Source: Alphaproteobacteria bacterium
Lineage (GTDB): Bacteria; Pseudomonadota; Alphaproteobacteria; UBA2966
Direction of reading: 5' to 3'
NCBI GenBank assembly: GCA_964291395.2
Contig: OZ219856.1
Span: 1,312,001-1,376,000 of the forward strand
Length of the DNA: 64,000 nucleotides
The position numbers and the translations under genes were made by a program. The notes below the pieces were generated by a model that worked only from the letters and a program-made list of their open reading frames with translations, was not told where the DNA came from and did no database searches. Position 1 is the first letter of the stretch. Each line of letters starts with the position of its first letter. Shown in pieces: positions 7,908 to 17,391 of the stretch.

Positions 7908-8603
7908 ATGCACGAGATTCACATTCCGGAAGATATCCTTGCCAAATCCCGTGCCCGGCGCGGACGGGTCGAGGTTTTCGATGCACTCGATCCCGCGCGC
8001 ACGGCTCTCGTGGTCATCGATATGCAAAGTTATTTCCTGAAGCCCGGCGGCTTCCTGGAGGTGCCCTGTTCGAGGGATATCGTCGGCAACATCAATCGCA
8101 TCGCGGCCGCCCTGCGGCGGACCGGCGGGACCGTGTACTGGACGCAGCACAGTTTCGTGCCCGAATGGACGTCCTGGTACGGTGTTCTCGCGTCGGGCGA
8201 ATTCGCGGAACGCATGATCGCCGATTCCGCGCCGGACGCCCCCGGATACGCCATCCATCCGGACATGGACGTTCGGCCGCAAGACGTGCCCCTGCACAAG
8301 ACACGCTACAGCGCCATGCTGCCTGAGAGCTGTGATCTCGAAACGCACCTCAGGCGGACGGGGGCCGACACCGTGATCGTCACGGGGACGCTGACCAATG
8401 TCTGCTGCGAATCGACGGCGCGGGACGCGATGATGAAGAACTACAAGGTGGTCTTCGTGTCGGACGCCAACGCCACACGCACGGACGAGGAGCACAACGC
8501 GACGCTCAAGGCCATGGTTCAGGTCTTCGCCGACGTGCGCAACACGAATGAGGTCGTCGGATTGCTCCAGGCCGGTGCGGCGGGTGCCCAGGCGGCGGAG
8601 TGA
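7908..8603 (+). CDS. Isochorismatase-family cysteine hydrolase (RutB/BiuH-like)
   Basis: TALVVIDMQ (Asp), HKTRYSAM (Lys), GTLTNVCCESTARDA (Cys). Start taken at ATG 7908. Confidence 0.9.
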   Translation: MHEIHIPEDILAKSRARRGRVEVFDALDPARTALVVIDMQSYFLKPGGFLEVPCSRDIVGNINRIAAALRRTGGTVYWTQHSFVPEWTSWYGVLASGEFAERMIADSAPDAPGYAIHPDMDVRPQDVPLHKTRYSAMLPESCDLETHLRRTGADTVIVTGTLTNVCCESTARDAMMKNYKVVFVSDANATRTDEEHNATLKAMVQVFADVRNTNEVVGLLQAGAAGAQAAE

Positions 8604-8613
8604 GACCTGTCCT

Positions 8614-9282
8614 TCAGTCGACCGTCTGGGCGAGGATCATGCTGATATGAGCGAGTGGCAGGCCGCTCTCAGCGGCCCATTCGTTGATCACGCCCTGAAT
8701 CTTGCGCTGCTCGCCCTTGCCCTTGCCGCTGCCGGAATAGGTGCCCCACTCGTGGAGCGCCTTCACCACGAAGGGGGTCAGCATGAAGGTGTCCTTGCCC
8801 GCCATGCGCAAGAAATAAGGGCCTGAATTTCCGCCCATCTGGCTGAAACGCCCGGCGATGTCGAACCAAAGCTCGACGATCCGGTCGCCGGGCCAGTTCG
8901 CCAGATAGCTGCCGAACCCGCCGTTCCGCGAGTCGATCAGTTCGACCATGGCGATGGCGTTCTCCCGGACCGACTTGAGCTTTCCCCAGTGGCGGATGAG
9001 TCGTTTGTTGCCGAGGCAGGCCTCGAGTTCCTCGTCGCTCATCATGCGGACGCGGCGCGGTTCGAAGCCGGAAAACACCTCTTCGAAGGCCGGCCACTTG
9101 GCATCGACCATGCTGTGTTTCAGGCCGGCGCGGAAAATCCTGAGGCACATCAGGGACAGATAGCGGTCGTCCGTTACCGCTTCGAGTTGGTCCGACGACT
9201 TCACCTTGGGCAGACGCTTTGTCAATTCGGGTTGGCCGAGCCGTTTCTCCGCCTCCGCGACGATGTCTTTGAAAGGTGTCAC
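8614..9282 (-). CDS. DNA-3-methyladenine glycosylase I (Tag)-family protein
   Basis: IFRAGLKHSMVDAKWPAFEEVFSGF and LIRHWGKLKSVRENA resemble the Tag core. GTG start. Confidence 0.75.
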   Translation of the reverse strand: MTPFKDIVAEAEKRLGQPELTKRLPKVKSSDQLEAVTDDRYLSLMCLRIFRAGLKHSMVDAKWPAFEEVFSGFEPRRVRMMSDEELEACLGNKRLIRHWGKLKSVRENAIAMVELIDSRNGGFGSYLANWPGDRIVELWFDIAGRFSQMGGNSGPYFLRMAGKDTFMLTPFVVKALHEWGTYSGSGKGKGEQRKIQGVINEWAAESGLPLAHISMILAQTVD

Positions 9283-9353
9283 GGCATTGAGTCTTTACTT
9301 GACGGGGGAAGTCGTCACCGGATTGGACAAGCGTTGCGTCGAGCCGTGCTCGG

Positions 9354-10331
9354 CTACAAGTCGAGGATGATCTTCTCGGACTTGGAGCGGGCGCAACAGA
9401 TCATCACCCACTCCTTTTGCTCGGCGTCCGTCAGGACGAAGTCGTTGTGGTCGGGCTCGCCTTCCAAATAATGGGTCTTGCAAGTGCCGCAGGTACCGGC
9501 CTCGCACGACGTGTCGACGTCGAGCCCGTTCTCCCGCAGGACATCGACGATCGATTTGTCTCCCGGAATATTGTAGGTCGCGCCGGTGCTGGAAATGGTG
9601 ACCTGGAACTCCGCATCGCCGAGATCGACCACTTCGCCGGCGGCCGGTTTTTCCTGGGCAACCGGAGCGAAGTACTCGAAGTGGACGGTTTCTGACGGCC
9701 AATGCGCGGAACCTTCCTTGGTCGCGAGCATGAATCCGGTGGGACCGCAGTAGTAAAGGTGTGTCCCTTCCTGGCGATGCTCGAGGAGTCCGGGAATGTC
9801 GAGACCCTTCGACGGGTCCCCGCCGTCGTAGTGATTGACGACTCGGCCCTCCGTGGCGAGGCCGGCCAGGCGGCTTCGAAATGCGGTCTGCTCCACGGAC
9901 CTCGTGCAGTAGTGCATGGTGAAGTCCGCGTTCGTGGTCGTGAGTTGCTCGATCATCGCCATCATCGGCGTCACGCCGATACCACCGGCGAGCAGGAGGT
10001 GGTGTTTCGCCTCGTCCCTGACGGGGAAGTTGTTGCGGGGATGCGAGATCGTGACTCGATCACCGGCGCGGACGTTCTCGTGCATGCTGCGTGATCCGCC
10101 CGTGCTCTGCGGATCGTTGAGCACGCCCACGACGTAGCGATGCCGTTCCCGCGGGTCGTTGCACAAGGAATACTGACGGAGAAATCCGCCGGGGATGTGC
10201 ACGTCGACGTGGGATCCGGCCGTGAATTCCGGCAGATCGTTTCCGTTGGGATCAACGAACTCAAACGTATTGATCCCCTCCGCCTCGTTTGTGATCCGGC
10301 GGACCCTCAACTCCATCGTTTCAATAGCCAT
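9354..10331 (-). CDS. PDR/VanB-family oxygenase reductase (FMN, NAD, 2Fe-2S)
   Basis: RQYSL, GGS, AGGIGVTP, YYCGP and a C-terminal CEAGTCGTC...ICC ferredoxin. GGAGAG SD before ATG 10331. Confidence 0.93.
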   Translation of the reverse strand: MAIETMELRVRRITNEAEGINTFEFVDPNGNDLPEFTAGSHVDVHIPGGFLRQYSLCNDPRERHRYVVGVLNDPQSTGGSRSMHENVRAGDRVTISHPRNNFPVRDEAKHHLLLAGGIGVTPMMAMIEQLTTTNADFTMHYCTRSVEQTAFRSRLAGLATEGRVVNHYDGGDPSKGLDIPGLLEHRQEGTHLYYCGPTGFMLATKEGSAHWPSETVHFEYFAPVAQEKPAAGEVVDLGDAEFQVTISSTGATYNIPGDKSIVDVLRENGLDVDTSCEAGTCGTCKTHYLEGEPDHNDFVLTDAEQKEWVMICCARSKSEKIILDL

Positions 10332-10564
10332 GCACTCTCCCCGGCCGGGATGACCGTCTGTCCCGCAACTTATCGCGACGAGACGCTGCCGCAATCCGTC
10401 CACGCGGCCCTTTTTTGGCCTACTGATGCACCTCTCGCAAGTGTCCAGTCTTGATCTGCCTTCAGCTCACCGTCAGTGGGCGCTTGTGGTATCCTAAGGC
10501 GTAGACCCCATGAGCGTTCGCGCGTAGAGGAGTCGACGTCGAGCCGAGCGGGAGGACCGATCCC

Positions 10565-11941
10565 ATGAACGTGCGGGAAAAGGTGGAGAAGACGCCGAAC
10601 GTGCCGTTCGCCGGTTACTTCTTGAGCGAGGTTCCACGGGAGGATCCAGAGCTCACTCATGTCGGTCCGGGAACGGTTTGCGGGGAGTATCTGCGCAAGT
10701 TCTGGCATCCTGTTGCGCTGTCCAGCAACCTTACGGACCTGCCCCACGCCGTGAGAATCATGGGCGAGGATCTGGTCGCGTTCCGCGACAAATCGGAGAA
10801 CGTCGGTGTGCTGCACAGGCACTGCAGTCATCGTGGAACCTCGCTCGAATACGGAATCGTCAGCGAACGTGGCATTCGGTGCTGCTATCACGGCTGGCTG
10901 TTCGACGTTGACGGCAGGATCCTCGAGACTCCGGGCGAGCCACCGGATTCGAAGTTGAAGGACAGCTTCTATCACGGTGCCTATCCCGCCATCGAGTACA
11001 ACGGGTTGGTGTTCGCCTATATGGGTCCGCCGGAAGAAAAGCCGGAATTTCCAATCCTGGACACCTTCGAATGGCCCCGCGGCAACAGGCTCGTGCCGTA
11101 TTCCATCCATCACCCGTGCAACTGGTTGCAGGTTGCCGAAAATTTCCAGGATCCCGTCCACGCCGTGTTCCTGCACACCAATCTGACCAACGTGCAGTTC
11201 ACCGAGGCGTGGGGCAACATGCCGACGGTCGATTTCGGGGAGCTCGACGACGGCATGTACTACATCACCTGCCGGCGCGTCGGAGACATGGTCTGGGTGC
11301 GCAGCAACCATTTCCTGGCGCCCAACTTGGGCCAGGTGGCCGCGCTCTGGGAGGACGCCGACGAGGAGAAATATTTCGGACGGGCCAGCATCACCCGTTG
11401 GACGGTGCCGATCGACGATACGCACTGCTGGATCTTCGGTTTCCGCCACTACAACGACAACGTCGACCCGAAAGGGTTGGGAAAGCCGGAAGAATGCGGC
11501 GACAATTCGGTCGACTTCTTCGGTCAGACGGGGGAAAGGCCCTACGAAGATACGCAACGCACGCCCGGCGACTACGAAGCCCAGATCAGTCAACGTGAGA
11601 TCGCCATCCACACCCTTGAGCATCGGGGTTCCAGCGACGAAGGCGTCCTCCGTATGCGCCGTATCCTTCGTAGTGGGGCGCACAGCGAGACGCGGGTTCC
11701 CCAGCCCGCCGACAAGAAGCGCAGCAGCGGGGTCATCCACACCTACACCCACGACACGATCTTGCGTATCCCCGCGCGGTCCGATGTCGACGACAACGCG
11801 ATGATGAAGGAACTTGGCCGGAGGGTGATCCAGGCCATTTTCGCGGGGGACGCCTGCGAGGGGGATGACCGTCAGGCCGAGATCGAACGAGGTCTCAAAG
11901 CCCTGACGGCGGACTTCGCGGGCGGCGGGAAAGCGGCCTGA
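10565..11941 (+). CDS. Rieske non-heme iron oxygenase, phthalate 4,5-dioxygenase/LigX-like alpha subunit
   Basis: Rieske motif CSHRG...CCYHGW and mononuclear Fe motif ENFQDPVHAVFLH. GGAGG SD. Divergent from the PDR reductase. Confidence 0.92.
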   Translation: MNVREKVEKTPNVPFAGYFLSEVPREDPELTHVGPGTVCGEYLRKFWHPVALSSNLTDLPHAVRIMGEDLVAFRDKSENVGVLHRHCSHRGTSLEYGIVSERGIRCCYHGWLFDVDGRILETPGEPPDSKLKDSFYHGAYPAIEYNGLVFAYMGPPEEKPEFPILDTFEWPRGNRLVPYSIHHPCNWLQVAENFQDPVHAVFLHTNLTNVQFTEAWGNMPTVDFGELDDGMYYITCRRVGDMVWVRSNHFLAPNLGQVAALWEDADEEKYFGRASITRWTVPIDDTHCWIFGFRHYNDNVDPKGLGKPEECGDNSVDFFGQTGERPYEDTQRTPGDYEAQISQREIAIHTLEHRGSSDEGVLRMRRILRSGAHSETRVPQPADKKRSSGVIHTYTHDTILRIPARSDVDDNAMMKELGRRVIQAIFAGDACEGDDRQAEIERGLKALTADFAGGGKAA

Positions 11942-11948
11942 TCGGCTT

Positions 11949-13064
11949 TCAGAGCACCTGATACCTTTCGTCGGGGCCGCCATATTCGGCGTCCAGCGGT
12001 GCGGTCAGCCGCACGCCCGGCATGTGATAGCCGTTGGGTCGGCCGGACGCCGTCTTGCCCATGAACTCGTCATAGGCAGGCGGCAGGGGCGGGCCCCCGT
12101 CACAGGCCAGCCACAGGCGCAGAAGGTGGCGCTTCCTTTCGGGTTCGGGGTGGTCCTCGTACCCCGTCCTGGAATGCAGGATGTAGTGGTTGCAGAGGAA
12201 TTGAACGTCGCCGGGCTCGAACTCAAGCTCGAGATAGACCGCTGGGTTGGCCGCGGTTCGATCCAGAAAATCGAATGCCTCCGCCTGTTCGTCGGTCAGG
12301 CGCGGAACTTCGGGAAAGCGCTGCGCCTTTTGAATGACGCTTCGCACGTAGTTCGTCAGAAGCCGACCGTCGTGGAGATTGAAAACCGGCAGCCGGTACC
12401 AGGGCTCACGGCCTTCGGGGATCTCGCCCCGCCGGTCGCGATAGGTAGCCTCGGTCAGGGTTCGTGCCAGATCGGGGCGGGCCTCGAGGATCAGATTGAA
12501 GATTGCCCCGGTGCTGGCGATCCGGCTCAATCCGCCGGACTTCGCGGTGTGCAGGCACAGCAGACCCACGAGGTCCGAGGCGTCGGAGTGGAAGATCAGT
12601 TTCTCCGCCGTCTGGTAGCCCCGAGCCGTCGGCGTGGTCCACAGGCTGTCGCCCAGGCCGAGGTCCCGGACGTGCCCGAGCGCATGACCTTTTGCGTTCT
12701 GCGAGACCGCCTCGCCCAGGTGCGCGCCGATACCGAAGAATGCGATGGCGGATTGCCGGCTGTCGTAACGTCCGACCGGAACGCCCCGTAGCACGGAAAA
12801 GCCGACTCCATGCAGCAGATCGTTCTGGATATCGCGCAGCGCCCTCGACAACGTCGGCAACGCGAAGTTCTCGCGACGAATGTCGAGGATGTCCGTGTCG
12901 TGCGCCAAGACGTTCTCGATCGCCCGGTCCAGTTCCGCGACATGGTCCGAAGAAAGTCGATAGGTCCATTGATCCCGGCGGGCCGCCATTTCGGGGCCGC
13001 GCCAAACGCGCGCGCCTTCGACCGGCGACAGCGCCGGAACCGTTTCTTGTTTGGCCTTAAGCAT
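11949..13064 (-). CDS. TauD/TfdA-family Fe(II)/2-oxoglutarate dioxygenase
   Basis: HxD motif (FHSDASD), NHYILHSR, RHLLRLWL. Start is uncertain (13064 or 13070) and overlaps the upstream stop. Confidence 0.88.
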   Translation of the reverse strand: MLKAKQETVPALSPVEGARVWRGPEMAARRDQWTYRLSSDHVAELDRAIENVLAHDTDILDIRRENFALPTLSRALRDIQNDLLHGVGFSVLRGVPVGRYDSRQSAIAFFGIGAHLGEAVSQNAKGHALGHVRDLGLGDSLWTTPTARGYQTAEKLIFHSDASDLVGLLCLHTAKSGGLSRIASTGAIFNLILEARPDLARTLTEATYRDRRGEIPEGREPWYRLPVFNLHDGRLLTNYVRSVIQKAQRFPEVPRLTDEQAEAFDFLDRTAANPAVYLELEFEPGDVQFLCNHYILHSRTGYEDHPEPERKRHLLRLWLACDGGPPLPPAYDEFMGKTASGRPNGYHMPGVRLTAPLDAEYGGPDERYQVL

Positions 13065-13854
13065 CTGCATGACGGTCGAGAAACGAGGATAGCTCAAGAT
13101 TGAATTCTTCGGGTGCGCACAAGTTTGAAAGATGCGCCGCGCCCTCGATCACCACGAGTTCGGCACCCGCAATGCGGTCGCGGATGATTTCGTGTTCCTC
13201 CACGACAGTTCCGGTGTCTTCCGAACCTGCGAGAAGCAGCGTCGGCACCTCGATGGTGTGAAGACGGTCGGTCAGGTCTACCCTCTGAATGGCCCGGCAG
13301 CAAGCGGCGTAGGCCTCGGGCGCGGTCGAGCGGATCAGGTCGGAGAACCGGGCGACGAGTTCTGGACTCCGTTCCCGCACTTCGGGGCTGAACCAACGCT
13401 CGATCGTGGTCGGCACGATGGGCTCCATGCCTTCGGAGAGCGCGGTGACCGCGCGCTCTTCCCAAACGGGAACGGTGGGGCCTGGCGGGCGGCTCGTGGT
13501 GTCGCACAGGACGAGGGTGCGGATGACCTCGGGATGGGCCAGCGCGAGGGTCTGCCCGATCATTCCGCCGTTGGACAGTCCGACGAAATGGGTACGCTCG
13601 ATCCCCAGAGCCCGGAGCAGGGCGAATGCATCCTCGGCGAATTGCTCGAACGAATACGGAGGAGGGGCGACTTCGGTTCCGCCGTGGCCCCGGTTGTCGT
13701 ATCGCAATACGCGAAATCGGTCCTTGAGCAGGTCCGCCTGAGCATTCCAAAGCGCCATCGAACTGCCCAAGGAATGACTGAAGGTCACAACCGGCGCATC
13801 CTCGGGACCTTCGAGGACGTATTCGATGTCGATGCCGTTGGCGTGAAGGTGCAT
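13057..13854 (-). CDS. Alpha/beta hydrolase, 3-oxoadipate enol-lactonase (PcaD/CatD)-like
   Basis: HSLG, RYDNRGHG, GLSNGG nucleophile elbow, TIERWF, AAHLSN. Confidence 0.85.
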   Translation of the reverse strand: MHLHANGIDIEYVLEGPEDAPVVTFSHSLGSSMALWNAQADLLKDRFRVLRYDNRGHGGTEVAPPPYSFEQFAEDAFALLRALGIERTHFVGLSNGGMIGQTLALAHPEVIRTLVLCDTTSRPPGPTVPVWEERAVTALSEGMEPIVPTTIERWFSPEVRERSPELVARFSDLIRSTAPEAYAACCRAIQRVDLTDRLHTIEVPTLLLAGSEDTGTVVEEHEIIRDRIAGAELVVIEGAAHLSNLCAPEEFNLELSSFLDRHADA

Positions 13855-13899
13855 GGGCAGGAATCAGGATTCGCGTCGAAGGCGGTTCCGTGTCGTTCC

Positions 13900-14097
13900 T
13901 CAACTCGCCTGTGCGTCCGTCGCACCGAGCGCCCGGATACGCTCCCGGATATGTTCTTGGCGTTCGCCTCCCGTCGATGGCTGGCCACTCTGGACGGCGC
14001 TGAGGACTTCGCGCGTGAGTTCTGGATCTTCGGCGGGTACGCGTCGAAGGGAGTAGCCCGCGTAGCCCTTTGAGTTGGTCTGTTCCTGGACTGCCAT
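13900..14097 (-). pseudogene. Internally deleted Rieske oxygenase remnant (N- and C-termini fused in frame, 65 aa)
   Basis: YAGYSLRRVPAEDPELT matches FAGYFLSEVPREDPELT at the N-terminus of the 10565 oxygenase. REVLSAVQSGQPSTGGERQEHIRERIRAL matches its C-terminal RRVIQAIFAGDACEGDDRQAEIERGLKAL. Confidence 0.75.
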
Positions 14098-14114
14098 GGT
14101 TTCCGCGAGTTCTC

Positions 14115-14180
14115 CCAGCGCCGGAAGGCGCGCTCCGAGACCCCCAGTATCTCCGCCGCCTCGGCTTGGCTCAACAGCCG
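14115..14180 (-). mobile_element. Transposase HTH relic (ISNCY/IS481-like N-terminus)
   Basis: RLLSQAEAAEILGVSERAFRRW resembles the N-terminal HTH of ISNCY-type transposases. No catalytic domain or IRs seen. Confidence 0.55.
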
Positions 14181-14200
14181 CGCCGCGGTCTCGTCGCACA

Positions 14201-14250
14201 ACTCGTTTCGCCTAGTCTCGCCTAGTCCCGGCTTGTCCCGCTTCGTCCGC
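14201..14250. repeat. Degenerate 10-bp tandem repeat, about 5 units
   Basis: ACTCGTTTCG/CCTAGTCTCG/CCTAGTCCCG/GCTTGTCCCG/CTTCGTCCGC. Confidence 0.55.
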
Positions 14251-14333
14251 CGGGTTGGGCGGGGTGCCGGCGCCGTCCGACGCCTCCAAACCCTCCGTGG
14301 CTCCGCTTGGGTCCATTCAGCCTGGATGCCGCT

Positions 14334-15877
14334 TCAATCGACACTGCGCGGCCGGTCCAGGAATACGATCAAGGGCAGGACGATCACCGCGGCGATGGTC
14401 AATGCCCAGAAGTCATTCACATAGGCGATCATCGAAGCCTGACGGAACATTTCCACGTCGAGCCGCATGAGGCCCTGGAGGTTCGAGAGGTCCCAGACAC
14501 CCTGGGACTCGGTGATGTCGAACGACTGATGAAAGGGGGAAAGATGCTCGTTCAGTTCGGCACGGTTCGCCTGCGTCGAGCGAGCGAGAATGGTCACTCC
14601 CGCCGAGATACCGATTCCTCCGCCGAAAAACCGGGACGAATGGATGACGGCTGCGCCGTAGTCGACCAGTCCCGGCGCGAGTCGTGAAAACGCGAGAACC
14701 GAGAGCGGGATCCAAATGACGGCTTCGCCCATGCCCATCCACATGCCGGCGAGAAAGACCTCGTAGAGGCCGATGGTGAGGTCGAAAGTCGTCATGTACC
14801 AGAAGGCCACTCCTTGGAGGCCGAACCCCAACGCCATCATGAGGCGTTCGTCCATGATCTTGACGAGGTGGCCAAGAACGAAAACTCCGATCATGAAACC
14901 AATGCCTCGGGGAGTCAGCAGCAGCGAAACCGTCTCGAGCGGCAAATTTTGAAGCCGTCCGAGAAACGACGGAAGAAGCATGAGTGCGGCGAAGGACGTC
15001 ACACCGGCCACCACCATGCAGATGGCACAGATAGCGAAGTTCTTATGCAGAAAGACTCGCAGATCGATGAACGGCTGGCGGGCGTAGGAACAGCCGACGA
15101 TGAACAGGTAGAGCGCGATAAGAGCGGTCACACCCCACGTCGTGATCTCCCGCGACTCGAACCAGTCGAGCCGATTGCCGCGATCCAGCATGAATTGAAT
15201 CGATGCCAGGCACACGGCCAGACTGAAGAAACCCAGCCAATCGAGGCGGAGACTCGGCCGGGTTGGAAATCGGGAACGGTCAGGGCGATCATGTAGAGGG
15301 CGAGGACGCCGGCCGGCACCATGCAGACGAAGGCCAGGCGCCAGTTGTAGATCTCGGCAAGTATGCCGCCGACCGGCGGTCCCAGGACCGCCCCCAGCAT
15401 GCTGCCGCCGGCCCAGAACCCCATGACCATGCCGTGAGACCTTTTCGGATAGACGTCCAGGAGGATGGGCATCGACAGGGGTAGCATGGGGCCGCCGGCG
15501 AGCCCCTGTATGGCGCGCCAGAACACGACTTCTTCGAGACTCGCGGCGACGCCCAATGCCCCCGAGGCCAAGGTGAATATACCCAACGCCACCAGGAGCG
15601 AGCGCCGGCGCCCGAATCGCATGCCCAACCAGCCGGCGGCGGGCATGCCGATCGCCGTGCCCACCATCGTTGCGGTCAGAACCCAGGAGATCTCTTCCAG
15701 TCCAGCCGAAAGGTCCCCCTGCATCTGGGGCAGCACCGCGTTGGCGATCGTGGCGCTGAGGGTTTGGAGGCCACCCGCAATGATCACCGAGAACAGAATG
15801 ACCGTCCGCCGAAAGGCGGACTCGATGACCACCGGCGGTGTATCGCTCGGAAGAGTATCCGCGGTCATCCCGTTCAT
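14334..15877 (-). pseudogene. DHA2 (EmrB/QacA) MFS exporter, third copy, with a single frameshift near 15261
   Basis: The N-half (ANAVLPQMQGDLSAGLEEISWV) and C-half (LDRGNRLDWFES, RQASMIAYVNDFW) are in different frames. One extra base in the GGG run at 15260-15262 restores PDFQPRPSLRLDW, the same length as in the paralogs. Confidence 0.85.
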
Positions 15878-17391
15878 CCCAGCCGTGGCGGGCGATCGAG
15901 CAGCAGGATGAGCGGCAAGACCGCCAGCGTCAGTACCAGCAGGGCCCAGAAATCGTTGAGGTAGCCGATCATCGCGGCCTGTCGGAACAGTTCGCCTTCC
16001 AGCCGTGCCAGCCCCTGCAATGTCGTCGGGTCCCAAGCCGGCAAGAACTCGGGCAGCTGAAGGGATTCGTTGAAGGGAGAGATGTGCTCGTTCAACGTGG
16101 CACGATTGACCTGGGTTGAACGAGTCAGGAGCGCAACGGCAATCGAGATGCTGACTCCACTGGCGAAGAACCGTGCGAACTGGAAGATCGCCGCGCCGTA
16201 ACTCCGGAGGCTCGGCGCCAAGGTCAGGAAGGTGATCGTAGCCAAGGGGGTCCACATCACACCTTCGCCGATGCCCAGAATCATGCCGCCGAGAAACACC
16301 TGGCTGGGACCCACGGTGAGGTCGAAGGTCAGCAGATACCAGAAGCCGCAGGCCTGAACGGCGAACCCCAGTGCAAGCATGGCCCGGCCATCCATGATCC
16401 GTACCAGGCGGGCGAGGCCCAAGGTGCCGATGGCATAGCCCACGCCTCTCGGAATGAGCATGAAACTGACGATTTCGACCGGAAGCTCCCGAAGCTGTGC
16501 CAGAAGATTCGGCAGCAGCATCAGCGGGGCAAACGTGAGCATTCCCGATATTGCAATGCAGGTGCAGCCGATGGCGTAGTTCTTGTCCAGGAATATCCGG
16601 AGATCGATGAAGGGCAGCCGAGAGGTCAGACTGTGAACGAGGAACCAATACATGGCAAAGCCGCCGATCACCGCCCACATGACGATTTCAGCCGACTCGA
16701 ACCAGTCCAACCGGTTGCCACGATCGAGCATGACCTGGAGGGCCGCGACTCCCACGCATAGGGCGGCAAACCCGAGCCAATCGAGACGCAAGTCGGGGAA
16801 TCGCCTTGTTTCCGGTACCGCGGCGAGCACCAGAAAGTAAGTGAGCACTCCAAAGGGCGCCAGGAACACGAAGGCGAGCCGCCAGTTGTAGATCTCCGCC
16901 ATGTAGCCGCCCAGCGGTGGGCCCATGATCGGACCCAGCATCACGCTGCCCGACCAGAATGCGAGGGCCATGGCGTGCGCTCTCTTCGGATAGGCGTCCA
17001 GTAGTCCTGCCATGCACAACGCCGGAATCGGACCTCCGAACAGGCCTTGGCAGGCACGCCAAAAAATGACTTCTTCGAGAGTCGTCGCGACACCGAACAT
17101 CGCCGACGAGAACGTGAAAATCGTCAGGGCGACGAGCAGCGAACGCCGGCGCCCGAACCGCATGCTGAACCAACTCGATGTCGGTACGCCGATTGCCGTG
17201 GACACCAGTGCCGCGGTGAGCACCCAGGATACCTCTTCCAGATTTGCGGAGAGGTCTCCCTGCATCTGGGGAAGGACGGCGTTGGCCACCGTCAGGTTGA
17301 TCGTCGGGAGCGCGGCCGCCAGCGCCAGAACGAACAGGATCAACGAGCGGTGGGCGCGTGACTCGACGATTTCCGAAAGCTGATCACTCAT
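15874..17391 (-). CDS. DHA2 (EmrB/QacA) MFS exporter, second copy
   Basis: TVANAVLPQMQGDLSA, WRLAF, LDRGNRLDWFES, RQAAMIGYLNDFW. ATGA overlaps with both neighbours. Confidence 0.92.
   Translation of the reverse strand: MSDQLSEIVESRAHRSLILFVLALAAALPTINLTVANAVLPQMQGDLSANLEEVSWVLTAALVSTAIGVPTSSWFSMRFGRRRSLLVALTIFTFSSAMFGVATTLEEVIFWRACQGLFGGPIPALCMAGLLDAYPKRAHAMALAFWSGSVMLGPIMGPPLGGYMAEIYNWRLAFVFLAPFGVLTYFLVLAAVPETRRFPDLRLDWLGFAALCVGVAALQVMLDRGNRLDWFESAEIVMWAVIGGFAMYWFLVHSLTSRLPFIDLRIFLDKNYAIGCTCIAISGMLTFAPLMLLPNLLAQLRELPVEIVSFMLIPRGVGYAIGTLGLARLVRIMDGRAMLALGFAVQACGFWYLLTFDLTVGPSQVFLGGMILGIGEGVMWTPLATITFLTLAPSLRSYGAAIFQFARFFASGVSISIAVALLTRSTQVNRATLNEHISPFNESLQLPEFLPAWDPTTLQGLARLEGELFRQAAMIGYLNDFWALLVLTLAVLPLILLLDRPPRLG

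Noticed and set aside
15128-16678. 516-aa ORF that looks like a separate fusion protein
   Set aside because: Its first half is an off-frame read of MFS copy 2. Only the part from 15877 is the real N-half of MFS copy 3.
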